A stretch of DNA of 32,000 nt from Halarsenatibacter silvermanii. Lineage in GTDB: Bacteria; Bacillota; Halanaerobiia; Halanaerobiales; Halarsenatibacteraceae. Every line of letters begins with the position of its first letter. The first letter of the stretch is position 1. The notes below the pieces were generated by a model. It saw only the letters and a program-made list of their open reading frames with translations, was not told the origin of the DNA and ran no database searches. The stretch lies in assembly GCF_900103135.1 (NCBI RefSeq), contig NZ_FNGO01000002.1:20480-52479 (forward strand), written 5' to 3'. The translations under genes were made by a program, and so were the position numbers. Below are positions 16,601 to 25,137 of the stretch, in pieces.

Positions 16601-18254
16601 CGGCTTCGAGGCCAACCTGAAGATTTTCGGCAGTTATACCCCGGCCTGAACCCTCAGCGGAAAAGTCAAGCCGACCCGATTCAGGCCAGCTTTCCGGGCC
16701 TGCTTTCTCCGGCAATCCGGGAAGAGTTCCCGCCAGCATTTCAGCTTCGATATCCCGGCCGACCAGAGAAAAATCATAAATAAGATCTGATCCGGAAAGG
16801 TCGGGCAAAAGTTCAAGCAGGGTTTCATCCGAACCGGCCAAACTCCCCTCGAGCCTTAGTCCGGCCGGCCGGTGATCAGTAAAATCAAGGTCAGCGCTGT
16901 AAAAAACAGGTTCTCCCTGGCGCCAGCTCAGGCCGAGTCCGCCGGCCAGAACTTCCTCACCCATCTCCATATTCGGAGCTTTGACATCTATTTCCAGTTC
17001 CGGCCCACCCCCGTCGGAGACAGCCGCCATTTCGAGCGAGCCCCGCCCGGGGGAAAAATCTGCAATATCCATCTTCTCAAATTCATCGTCAACAGAAAAT
17101 CCGTCGGGAAGAGCTGAAATAAACTGCTCCCAGTCGAGATCGTGCCCGCTCAGATCAAAAGAAAAATCCTCGAGCGGATCGCCGCTATCGAGAAAACCCT
17201 GTCCGGAGAATTCTCCCCCGGCCAGAGAAAAATCCAGCTCAGGCAGCAGAAATCTATCGAGTTCACTGTCATAACTCCAGCGCCAGCTGCTGTCCGCAGC
17301 TGTGAGAACTTTATCGATCTCTCCGGGAGTTTCCGCCGGGAAATAACCAATTTTCTCAGCCCCTCCTTCTCCCTCTACCTGCAGCCTGCTCAGATCCGAA
17401 CCGCTGCCCGAAAGAGAAAGCTCTATCTTTTCGGAGAAATCCCCGACATCAAAGACTGCTCTACCAGCATGTCCGGCTGACTCCAGTCTCTCTTCGATAA
17501 GCGGATCCACCAGACCAGAAACATCCGGTATTCTCAGCTGGCCATCGAGCTGCCAGCTGTTATTTACAAGATAGGTCGACATTTCCAGCTCTGCAATCTC
17601 AAAATTATCCGGTTTAAAACGCGGATGCTGCAGTCCTGATATGCTGATATCACCGGAAAAAGCAGCCTCCATCTCGTTCCTCGCTGGACTGTAATACTCC
17701 AGCCGCAGATCGTCTGCTTCGAAAGAACTATTCCCTTCCTGATAGCTCACACTGGCCTCACTGATTACCATCTCGGCCCCTGCAGGCAGAGAGGGAAGGG
17801 CATTCCAGATTTGATCAGGGTGCAGATCCAGATCCTCGATATCATCTTCATCATCTTCCAGCTGCAGAATCTCGCCTTCAGGATCTCTTATCTTCACCTC
17901 CGGCTGACTGGCGGTTATTACCTCCAGGTTGTCAATAAAAGCCGGCACAAGTTCTACTTCCAGCCTTTCTTCATAAAGCCGGGATAAAAACCGGCTTAAA
18001 TCATAATAAATTTCCAGCTCAGGCACCGATAAACTATAATTGTCTGCCTCTATATCCAGATCACTGACATTGATGCGGTTGAGGGGCAGCAGGCTGACCT
18101 CCTCATAACTTATTTCAGCCAGCAGCCGCCTTTCCAGACCGGCAGTTATCTGCCGGCCCAGATGATCCAGCTGCCCGTCCAGATAGGAGAAATAAGGAAT
18201 GCCCACAGCCGCCGCCAATAACAGCAGCAAAATAATAACTTTTTTCCAGCTCAT
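13677..18254 (-). CDS. tamB: TamB/AsmA-like translocation and assembly module protein (DUF490 C-terminus)
   Basis: 1525 aa with an N-terminal TM anchor 'VIILLLLLAAAVGI'. A long, repetitive, beta-rich, acidic body leads to a C-terminal DUF490-like end 'LFVGHNVSDRLYIETETEFNTDERETELKLDYALTDRISLSTRLL...IGLEMGFDF'. It lies directly upstream of bamA. RBS is GGGAGG. Confidence 0.85.
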   Translation of the reverse strand: MSWKKVIILLLLLAAAVGIPYFSYLDGQLDHLGRQITAGLERRLLAEISYEEVSLLPLNRINVSDLDIEADNYSLSVPELEIYYDLSRFLSRLYEERLEVELVPAFIDNLEVITASQPEVKIRDPEGEILQLEDDEDDIEDLDLHPDQIWNALPSLPAGAEMVISEASVSYQEGNSSFEADDLRLEYYSPARNEMEAAFSGDISISGLQHPRFKPDNFEIAELEMSTYLVNNSWQLDGQLRIPDVSGLVDPLIEERLESAGHAGRAVFDVGDFSEKIELSLSGSGSDLSRLQVEGEGGAEKIGYFPAETPGEIDKVLTAADSSWRWSYDSELDRFLLPELDFSLAGGEFSGQGFLDSGDPLEDFSFDLSGHDLDWEQFISALPDGFSVDDEFEKMDIADFSPGRGSLEMAAVSDGGGPELEIDVKAPNMEMGEEVLAGGLGLSWRQGEPVFYSADLDFTDHRPAGLRLEGSLAGSDETLLELLPDLSGSDLIYDFSLVGRDIEAEMLAGTLPGLPEKAGPESWPESGRLDFSAEGSGRGITAENLQVGLEADLRELSAAGLTAIDLSTEIWYGDGLLEIGSFSFEGEVGAVKAAGSFDLADEMLDISFDTDEIDLDELASRIKMTAEELGHEIDRPELTGRADLAGSVKGNISAPEVEAVLDVPAAEIYGADVRQGGGELYFDGESRVLKIENAVYDSREAEVFGGGAIDFSAGVPDLDLSLDVDNMSYEYINDLFEIALPLEGWASGTVDIVGPVDDLEVIPKARSESTVFSPDFAPDIEIEFLDASADMYWRTGEPYQIKELTMERDSAEFTLAGSFEEEVFNASYSVSDYQLANLSRHLPEFEQDLSGIGHARGKASGSYTDPAYDIDFELAELIWQNHELGELSGKAQYQDDALFVERGDWLPGSGRIRLSGRVDNLLDEPDLDIDMSAEDLRLDHYLAEMGYDLEMELPYYVSGQASIEGIYTRPNTDVDLQLAAEDETWGRINLTGTITDSFDLELTSSDIRLERLAEFMPEGYDQLEGEVELAGSLEGPLEAFEAELSTEIAGFAINDYRINEVKGLARLDEDLILELDQEFITSAGDRLELEALVPLAEEIEEARFDLEAEDFPFAVTDEFLPGLNALKGEFRGRISGRGDLEEPELDGSLEIDLDELSLPDQRPISGRFGLDFSGSSVELMDLSAEMDGGEIDGSGRLNLFSAEDFWNLSFQLDEIPLAYQESTADFSGDVNIAGSRPEPLITGELRFDNMEAVLPEEELEVAADAGEADPGRFQPELEITIETGENNYARHENAELRIQEGSLLLTYREQFALDGSIDAGDGWAFVYNNRFTIQDAGAEFSSARGVVPRVRARAETRIEDNNITVTIDGTPDNISTTFSSVPEMTEEEILTLLARRGGVGGLLEEDERSLGGLIQREAFRWISETLHTSLLDWQRSIRERLDLDTLEVRTYELGWDEEVTLFVGHNVSDRLYIETETEFNTDERETELKLDYALTDRISLSTRLLDMSLDGWDGASIGLEMGFDF

Positions 18255-18314
18255 AATTCGGGGCCTCCCTTAATTAACTACCCGGCCAGGTATTAATTCC
18301 GGAGGAGGCCGAAT

Positions 18315-20207
18315 TTATCTGCTTTCACCGTTGTCATCGTCCTCCTCGGGCAGCTCGTCGTCCTCAACCTCCCGGGAATTATCATCGGAAATTGTAAAGT
18401 CTATATACAGCTCTCCTTCTAATACATAATCGGTGGATTCAACCTCTCTGATCCGCTCTTCCTCGTCCACCTCTTCCGGAGTTATCTCCTCCTGTTCGGG
18501 TTCCTCTTCCGGCTCCTCTTCTTCATCGGGAGCAGGTCTTTCTTCCGGCTCCGGTTCTTCTTCAACATCTTCTTCTTCCTCCCAGTGAGGAATACCGGGA
18601 TAACCGGGATAAACCTCCATAACCAGGTCATTGTACTGAGGAAGTTCGACAAATTCTAAAAGCATAGGCTCCAGATCTGTAAACCCCTCAACAGAAGCCG
18701 AAAGATCTTCATCGGCAAATTCATCGGTATCGACCGGTCTGTAATCGCGGGTGGGACCGCCGCTAATAGATAAACTGGCAGGACCGGGATTGATATCATC
18801 GGGTAGTTCTATGGTATATTCCAGCTCTTTCTTTTCCTGACGATAGGGGCGCAGCTTAACGCTGATGTCCAGTTCATCACCGGGTTTTATCTCAGCTTCA
18901 TCCTCTTTTATCTCGGCCTCCTGCAGCAGTGCTACCTGGTCCTCTTCTCTTACGGTCACAGAGTACTCGATGTCAAATAGACCGGCATCCTGGAAAGGAT
19001 TGTTGCTGATTATATCCATAATGACCTGCAGATCTTCCAGGCTGCGGGCGGCTATGTCATGCTGACTGTAGTACATGTTGTCCCGACGCAGTACCACTTC
19101 CTGCAGTTCGTTGGCCATAACCCGCACGGTAGTTTCAGCTGTTCCTCGACCGATGCGGTCCAGTGTGCTATCGAGAGTTTCCAGCGAAATCAATCCCGGC
19201 AGGCTTATAAGCAGATCTTCATCATCTATAATCTGCACATCTATACTGTTTTTAACTTCTCTATCCTCATCTTCGACCTCTATATTGAGAGGGACAATAT
19301 CGGGATAATGGTCGATGCCGCCGCTGATTCCAGCCAGTCTATCCTGATCGATTCTCCCTATCGGCTGGGGGAGTGGAGAACCTAGCTTGAAAGGCATATC
19401 GCCCGGTATAATCGAACTTATATGGGCCTGTCCCAGAAAGAAATCCACATTACCCCGGTGGGTGAAGGGATGTCCCATGGCCAGAATTTCATCATCCTGG
19501 CGATATGTCATGGTGCCGATGCTGGCGATAGTCACGTCTCCGCGGGCCAGTTTGACCGAGATGGCGCTGCCTGGCTCCAGCTCGGGATACTCCTCGGGTT
19601 CCATGCGCGGTTCATCAGATCCAGGTACAACTTCGAAATCGGTCATAAAAAAATCTTCCAGATCGGCCTCCAGCCTTTCCTGGCTGCGGCCGGATAAACC
19701 CGCGGTGATAAGCGGGGTTTTCATCTCGGGCAGCTCTTCCATTCCGCTTCCCGGATCTGCTTCCTCATCGGCCAGAAGCTCCAGCATCGGCTCGACGGGA
19801 GTGGCCAGAGCATAGCGGCTATCAGACTCAGCCCAGCCGTAGGATATAGCTCCTATAATTCTATCATCTACATAAAGAGGACTGCCGCTCATGCCGGAGG
19901 CGACACCGCCGGCTTCCTCTATCTTTTCGCCGGAAAGGTAGACCAGGATAAGATCCTGTCCCTGCTGATAATCCGGCAGAACATCGATCACCTCAAAATC
20001 AAACTCATCAACTTCCACACCGGAAAAAACGGTAAGACCAGTTCCCTCCATACCCGGCTCGATATCATTCAGAGACATAATTTCCTCTTCCGGAATAATT
20101 TCATCGGCCTGAGCGGTATCTGCTGCGATAAAACCGGTCAGCATTATCAATAATCCTGTAATCAACAGAACAAAGGTTATGCGATAACTCAATTTTTTTT
20201 CGGTCAA
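18315..20207 (-). CDS. Peptidase S55 (SpoIVB-like) family protein with signal/anchor and long acidic C-terminal region
   Basis: 'FDFEVIDVL...GGVASGMSGSPLYVDDRIIGAISYGW...ATPVEPML' (GMSGSP at 19878-19895) matches the SpoIVB Ser block. 'IASIGTMTYRQDDEILAMGHPF' (His codon 19470-19472) matches the SpoIVB His block, and 'IGRIDQDRLAGISG' matches the following block. I could not recognise a PDZ domain. TTG start. Confidence 0.7.
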   Translation of the reverse strand: MTEKKLSYRITFVLLITGLLIMLTGFIAADTAQADEIIPEEEIMSLNDIEPGMEGTGLTVFSGVEVDEFDFEVIDVLPDYQQGQDLILVYLSGEKIEEAGGVASGMSGSPLYVDDRIIGAISYGWAESDSRYALATPVEPMLELLADEEADPGSGMEELPEMKTPLITAGLSGRSQERLEADLEDFFMTDFEVVPGSDEPRMEPEEYPELEPGSAISVKLARGDVTIASIGTMTYRQDDEILAMGHPFTHRGNVDFFLGQAHISSIIPGDMPFKLGSPLPQPIGRIDQDRLAGISGGIDHYPDIVPLNIEVEDEDREVKNSIDVQIIDDEDLLISLPGLISLETLDSTLDRIGRGTAETTVRVMANELQEVVLRRDNMYYSQHDIAARSLEDLQVIMDIISNNPFQDAGLFDIEYSVTVREEDQVALLQEAEIKEDEAEIKPGDELDISVKLRPYRQEKKELEYTIELPDDINPGPASLSISGGPTRDYRPVDTDEFADEDLSASVEGFTDLEPMLLEFVELPQYNDLVMEVYPGYPGIPHWEEEEDVEEEPEPEERPAPDEEEEPEEEPEQEEITPEEVDEEERIREVESTDYVLEGELYIDFTISDDNSREVEDDELPEEDDDNGESR

Positions 20208-20240
20208 AAATATCCAACCTCATTTCTTGTGAATGACAGA

Positions 20241-21284
20241 TTATTGCTGGTAAGACTTTTTCTCCTTTTCAAAGATTATATCCTGGAGCTCGTCCATCTC
20301 CTCCAGAGCCTGACCTGTCCCCCGGGCCACGCAGGTCAGAGGGTCCTCAGCCCGACAGACCGGCACTCCTGTTTCTTCAGAAAGAAGCTTTTCCATATTG
20401 TCGAGCAGCGAGCCCCCGCCGGTCATCAGAACACCGCGATCCATGATATCTGAAGAGAGTTCCGGTGGAGTCCGCTCGAGCACGCTGCGAACTGCCTCGA
20501 CTATAGATTCTATCGTCTCGGCCATTGCCTTCTGAAGCTCACCTGCTCTGATAATCTGATTTTGGGGAAGACCTGACATGAGGTCTCGACCTCTGATTTC
20601 GTAAGTTTTCTCCTCTTCGTCCTCTTCGATCAAAGCGCTGCCGATCTCGAATTTCAGCTCTTCAGCGGTGGAAGTACCGATAACCATGTTATAATTCTCG
20701 CGAACAAAACGCACTATATCTTCATCCAGGGTGTCTCCTCCCAGCCTGAGCGACTCGCTTACAACGATGCCGCCCAGTGAAATGACTGCAATCTCGGAAG
20801 TTCCTCCTCCGATATCTATGATCATGCTGCCGCTCGGTTCAGCCACGGGCAGACCTGCGCCGATAGCCGCCGCCAGCGCCTCCTCGATAAGATAGGTCTT
20901 GCTGGCACCTACCTGGCTGGTGGCTTCTTCCACCGCCCGGCGCTCCACTTCGGTTATTCCCACCGGAATGCAGACCATTATCTCCGGTTTGAAGAAAGGA
21001 CGCCTTTTGGTGACTTTGGAAATAAAGCGCTTTAACATTATCTCCGTCACCTCAAAATCAGCTATAACACCGTTTTTCAGAGGTCGGGTAGAAACTATAT
21101 TGCCGGGGGTGCGGCCCAGCATGCGCCGGGCTTCCTCGCCGACAGCCAGCGGCTTATTTTTGTTCTCATCGATGGCTACCACCGAGGGTTCCTGCAGAAC
21201 TATGCCCTCTCCTTTTTTATACACTAACACATTGGCGGTGCCGAGGTCTATTCCAACTTTTGATGAAAAATTAAGACCAAACAT
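20241..21284 (-). CDS. mreB: Rod-shape-determining actin homologue MreB/Mbl
   Basis: 'GIDLGTANVLVY', 'MIIDIGGGTSEIAVISLGGIV' and 'RGVLMTGGGSLL' are actin-fold phosphate and adenosine motifs with full-length MreB similarity. Length is 347 aa. Confidence 0.95.
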   Translation of the reverse strand: MFGLNFSSKVGIDLGTANVLVYKKGEGIVLQEPSVVAIDENKNKPLAVGEEARRMLGRTPGNIVSTRPLKNGVIADFEVTEIMLKRFISKVTKRRPFFKPEIMVCIPVGITEVERRAVEEATSQVGASKTYLIEEALAAAIGAGLPVAEPSGSMIIDIGGGTSEIAVISLGGIVVSESLRLGGDTLDEDIVRFVRENYNMVIGTSTAEELKFEIGSALIEEDEEEKTYEIRGRDLMSGLPQNQIIRAGELQKAMAETIESIVEAVRSVLERTPPELSSDIMDRGVLMTGGGSLLDNMEKLLSEETGVPVCRAEDPLTCVARGTGQALEEMDELQDIIFEKEKKSYQQ

Positions 21285-21302
21285 ACTCAGCTATTTTCCT
21301 CC

Positions 21303-22580
21303 TCATGCGGTAGTAACCTGGTTTTTTCGGTCCCGGACCTGTTTTATTCTGCCGCCCAGCCCGGAAATCTTTTCAATTATATTCTCGTAGCCGCGGCGGA
21401 TATGATCTACCTCATCGATCATTGTCTCGCCATCAGCGATCAGGCCGGCCAGCATCAAAGCTGCCCCGGCTCTGAGATCGGGCGCTGTCACTTCAGCCCC
21501 TTTCAGGCTGCTGGGATTTATCAGAGCAGAATTATCATCTAGCTGGATGCTGGCCCCCATTTTATTCAATTCATCGACGTGAGAAAATCTATCCTCCCAG
21601 ACCGTTTCGGTCACAACACTGCTGCTCTCAGCCTGAGTTAAAAGCACCATCATCTGCGCCTGAAGATCGGTGGGGAAGCCGGGATAGGGAAATGTCTTTA
21701 CATCCACTGATCTCAACTTTTTCGGTCTGGCCACGCGCACTCCGGAAATATCCTGTTCCAGCTCGACACCCATCTCCCTGAGTTTGGCCAGAAGAGGCTT
21801 TAGATGTTCATCGAGCACATTCTCGACAAATACATCTTCCCCGGCCAGGGCCCCGGCAATGATATAGGTGCCTGCCTCGATGCGGTCGGGGATTATCTCA
21901 TGTTCAACCCCCTGCATTTCATCCACACCTTCAATCCTGATTACATCTGTTCCCACGCCTTTAATACCTGCTCCCATCACGGTCAAAAAGTTGGCCAGAT
22001 CGACAATCTCCGGCTCCCGGGCGGCGTTCTCTATAGTGGTTTTACCTTCGGCCCGAGAGGCGGCCAGCATGATATTGATGGTGGCTCCCACACTGGGATA
22101 ATCGAGATAAATATCTCCTCCGGTCAGGCCGTTTTCGGTCCATACTTCAACACAGCCCTCCTCGATGCTGACCTCAGCCCCCAGAGCTTTAAACCCTTTC
22201 AGATGAAGGTCTATAGGCCTGCTGCCTATGCGGCAGCCGCCCGGCAGACTGGTACAGGCTCTGCCCTCTCTGGCCAGCATGACACCCAGTATGTAATATG
22301 AAGCTCTCAGCTGACTTGCCAGTTCAGGATCAGCCTCAAAGCAATCAAGAGTACGGGGATCGATCGTCATACTGCTCTCTTCATACTCTACCTCCGCACC
22401 CATGCACTCGACTATTCTGGCTAAATTTTTCACATCGTTGAGTGCAGGGATTTCTTTTAAGCGACAGGGAGAATCGGGCAGCAAAGCGGCTGCTATTATG
22501 GGCAAAGCCGCGTTTTTAGCACCGCTTATCCTCACCCTGCCCGAAAGGGAAGGACTCTGCTCTATATGAAATTTATCCAC
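21303..22580 (-). CDS. murA: UDP-N-acetylglucosamine 1-carboxyvinyltransferase MurA
   Basis: '(M)DKFHIEQSPSLSGRVRISGAKNAALPIIAAALL' parallels E. coli 'MDKFRVQGP..L.GEVTISGAKNAALPIL'. The active-site Cys is in 'LPGGCRIGSRPIDLHLKG'. GTG 22580 lies 8 nt after AAGGAG and gives 425 aa. The ORF-track TTG at 22616 adds 12 non-homologous residues. Confidence 0.95.
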   Translation of the reverse strand: MDKFHIEQSPSLSGRVRISGAKNAALPIIAAALLPDSPCRLKEIPALNDVKNLARIVECMGAEVEYEESSMTIDPRTLDCFEADPELASQLRASYYILGVMLAREGRACTSLPGGCRIGSRPIDLHLKGFKALGAEVSIEEGCVEVWTENGLTGGDIYLDYPSVGATINIMLAASRAEGKTTIENAAREPEIVDLANFLTVMGAGIKGVGTDVIRIEGVDEMQGVEHEIIPDRIEAGTYIIAGALAGEDVFVENVLDEHLKPLLAKLREMGVELEQDISGVRVARPKKLRSVDVKTFPYPGFPTDLQAQMMVLLTQAESSSVVTETVWEDRFSHVDELNKMGASIQLDDNSALINPSSLKGAEVTAPDLRAGAALMLAGLIADGETMIDEVDHIRRGYENIIEKISGLGGRIKQVRDRKNQVTTA

Positions 22581-22657
22581 CGGAAATTCTCCTTTCTCTG
22601 CTTTTATAGGTTTCAAATTTTTACATTTTTGCAGTCCGGCTCTTCAGTTTCTAAATT

Positions 22658-22683
22658 AGACTCAGAAAACAGACTCAGAAAAC
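22658..22683. repeat. Perfect tandem direct repeat, 2 x 13 bp (AGACTCAGAAAAC) in the murA leader
   Basis: Read directly from the sequence: 22658-22670 and 22671-22683 are identical. Related GACTCAAGA copies occur at about 22732 and about 23129. The repeat lies about 80 nt upstream of the murA GTG, downstream of the predicted promoter. Confidence 0.85.
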
Positions 22684-22807
22684 AACCTCAAAGTAGATCA
22701 AAATGGTTCACGCTATTAAAATTAAATTCTCGACTCAAGACTGAATTCCTCTCTCATACTTCGATCTATTTGGCCGCAGACCGAAGCTTTTTACACACTT
22801 GAAAAAC

Positions 22808-22837
22808 ATTATACCATAGACGGAAGGGTTTTTTCAT
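22808..22837 (-). promoter_or_regulatory. Putative SigA-type promoter with extended -10, upstream of murA
   Basis: The minus strand reads ATGAAA (22837-22832), an 18-nt spacer ending in TGG, then TATAAT (22813-22808), giving 'TATGGTATAAT'. The predicted transcript start is near 22801, leaving a leader of about 220 nt to the murA GTG. Confidence 0.45.
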
Positions 22838-23144
22838 CCCCGATAGCCGATAGGTACAAAATTAGCATTAAAAGCAGCGGTAAGGAAAAAGAAAAAAAGT
22901 GAAGAGAAATCAGGATCTTCCTGTCTTCAGCTGGAAAATAGGTGTGTCAAAAACCTTATTTGGCTGCACTGGAGGGTATAAAGCTTCGTTCACGATGAAA
23001 TTTTTCCTCTGTTTAAGTTTAGTTTTCGGCCGCTGATAACAGGAAGAAATAGGGATTATTGCTGATTGTTGAAAAATAGCAGAGATTTCAGGGAGGTAAA
23101 TAGAAGAAAAAATGGGTTCATCCTGCTGGACTCAAGAAGAACCT

Positions 23145-23189
23145 AAAAAAAACCAAAAATGAAGCAACCCCCCGATTGAGCGGGGGGGG
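23145..23189 (-). terminator. Rho-independent terminator of the atp operon
   Basis: About 50 nt after the atpC stop, the minus strand has CCCCCCG-CTCAAT-CGGGGGG (7-bp G/C stem, 23168-23187). It is followed by TTGCTTCATTTTTGGTTTTTTTT. The U-tract is interrupted directly after the stem, so efficiency is uncertain. Confidence 0.65.
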
Positions 23190-23238
23190 TAATTAAACAT
23201 CCGGTTTTAAATCTCCAGTCCACTCGAATTCAAATCAA

Positions 23239-23670
23239 TTATTCCTCGGAGTAGCTCATAGCTCTCTGTCTGTCTTCTGCAGCTCTCAAGCGGGCTTTAG
23301 CTCTTTCCAGGGCAGCCTCAGCTCTGGCCTCGTCAATACGGCTTTTTTCTTCGCGCAGGCGCCTCTGGGCCCGCTCTTTAGCACGCCGGGCTCTTTCCAC
23401 ATCTATCTCTTTGGGGAGTTCGGCCGTGCGAACTATAACGTTTATCTTCTCGGACTTGACTTCCATAAACCCATCGCTTATGGGAACAGGTATCTCCTCT
23501 TCGCCCGTCTTTATCTCCATAACACCTATCTCTAAAGCCGTAACCATCGGCGTGTGACCTGCCATTATGCCGATATCTCCGTCGATGGCCCGGGCGACCA
23601 GCATCTCGATGTCATCGTCAAAGACAACCCGCTCAGGGGTGATAACCTCAAGTCTGATTTTGGCAGGCAT
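23239..23670 (-). CDS. atpC: F1 ATP synthase subunit epsilon
   Basis: '[40 protein letters not shown]' is the typical epsilon beta-sandwich, followed by C-terminal helices. It is the last gene of the operon. RBS is GGGTGA. Confidence 0.9.
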   Translation of the reverse strand: MPAKIRLEVITPERVVFDDDIEMLVARAIDGDIGIMAGHTPMVTALEIGVMEIKTGEEEIPVPISDGFMEVKSEKINVIVRTAELPKEIDVERARRAKERAQRRLREEKSRIDEARAEAALERAKARLRAAEDRQRAMSYSEE

Positions 23671-23676
23671 TATTTA

Positions 23677-25122
<1,446 letters not shown>

Positions 25123-25137
25123 TCAGCTTAAATTTTA

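Noticed and set aside
22631-22645. 'CAGTCCGGCTC', faintly similar to the RNase P RNA P4 motif (AGUCCGGGC)
   Set aside because: This is an isolated partial match. The surrounding sequence is AT-rich and lacks the other conserved RNase P helices.
22566-22802. 78-aa plus-strand ORF in the murA leader region
   Set aside because: It overlaps the murA 5' end on the opposite strand, lies in AT-rich sequence, and has no Shine-Dalgarno. Its product is low-complexity (S/L/F/K-rich). It is more likely non-coding leader or promoter DNA.
23113-23146. GGGTTCATCC...GAACC, reminiscent of a tRNA T-arm (GGTTCRANYCC)
   Set aside because: The T-loop is one nucleotide short. I could not fold an acceptor stem, D-arm or anticodon arm around it on either strand, so it is not a tRNA or tRNA fragment that I can support.
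23112-23162. 16-codon plus-strand mini-ORF (MGSSCWTQEEPKKNQK) downstream of a GGGAGG
   Set aside because: The GGGAGG lies about 15 nt from the ATG, which is too far. The ORF runs through the atp terminator's A-tract (the U-tract of the minus-strand terminator) and ends just before the hairpin. Nothing suggests it is conserved or translated.
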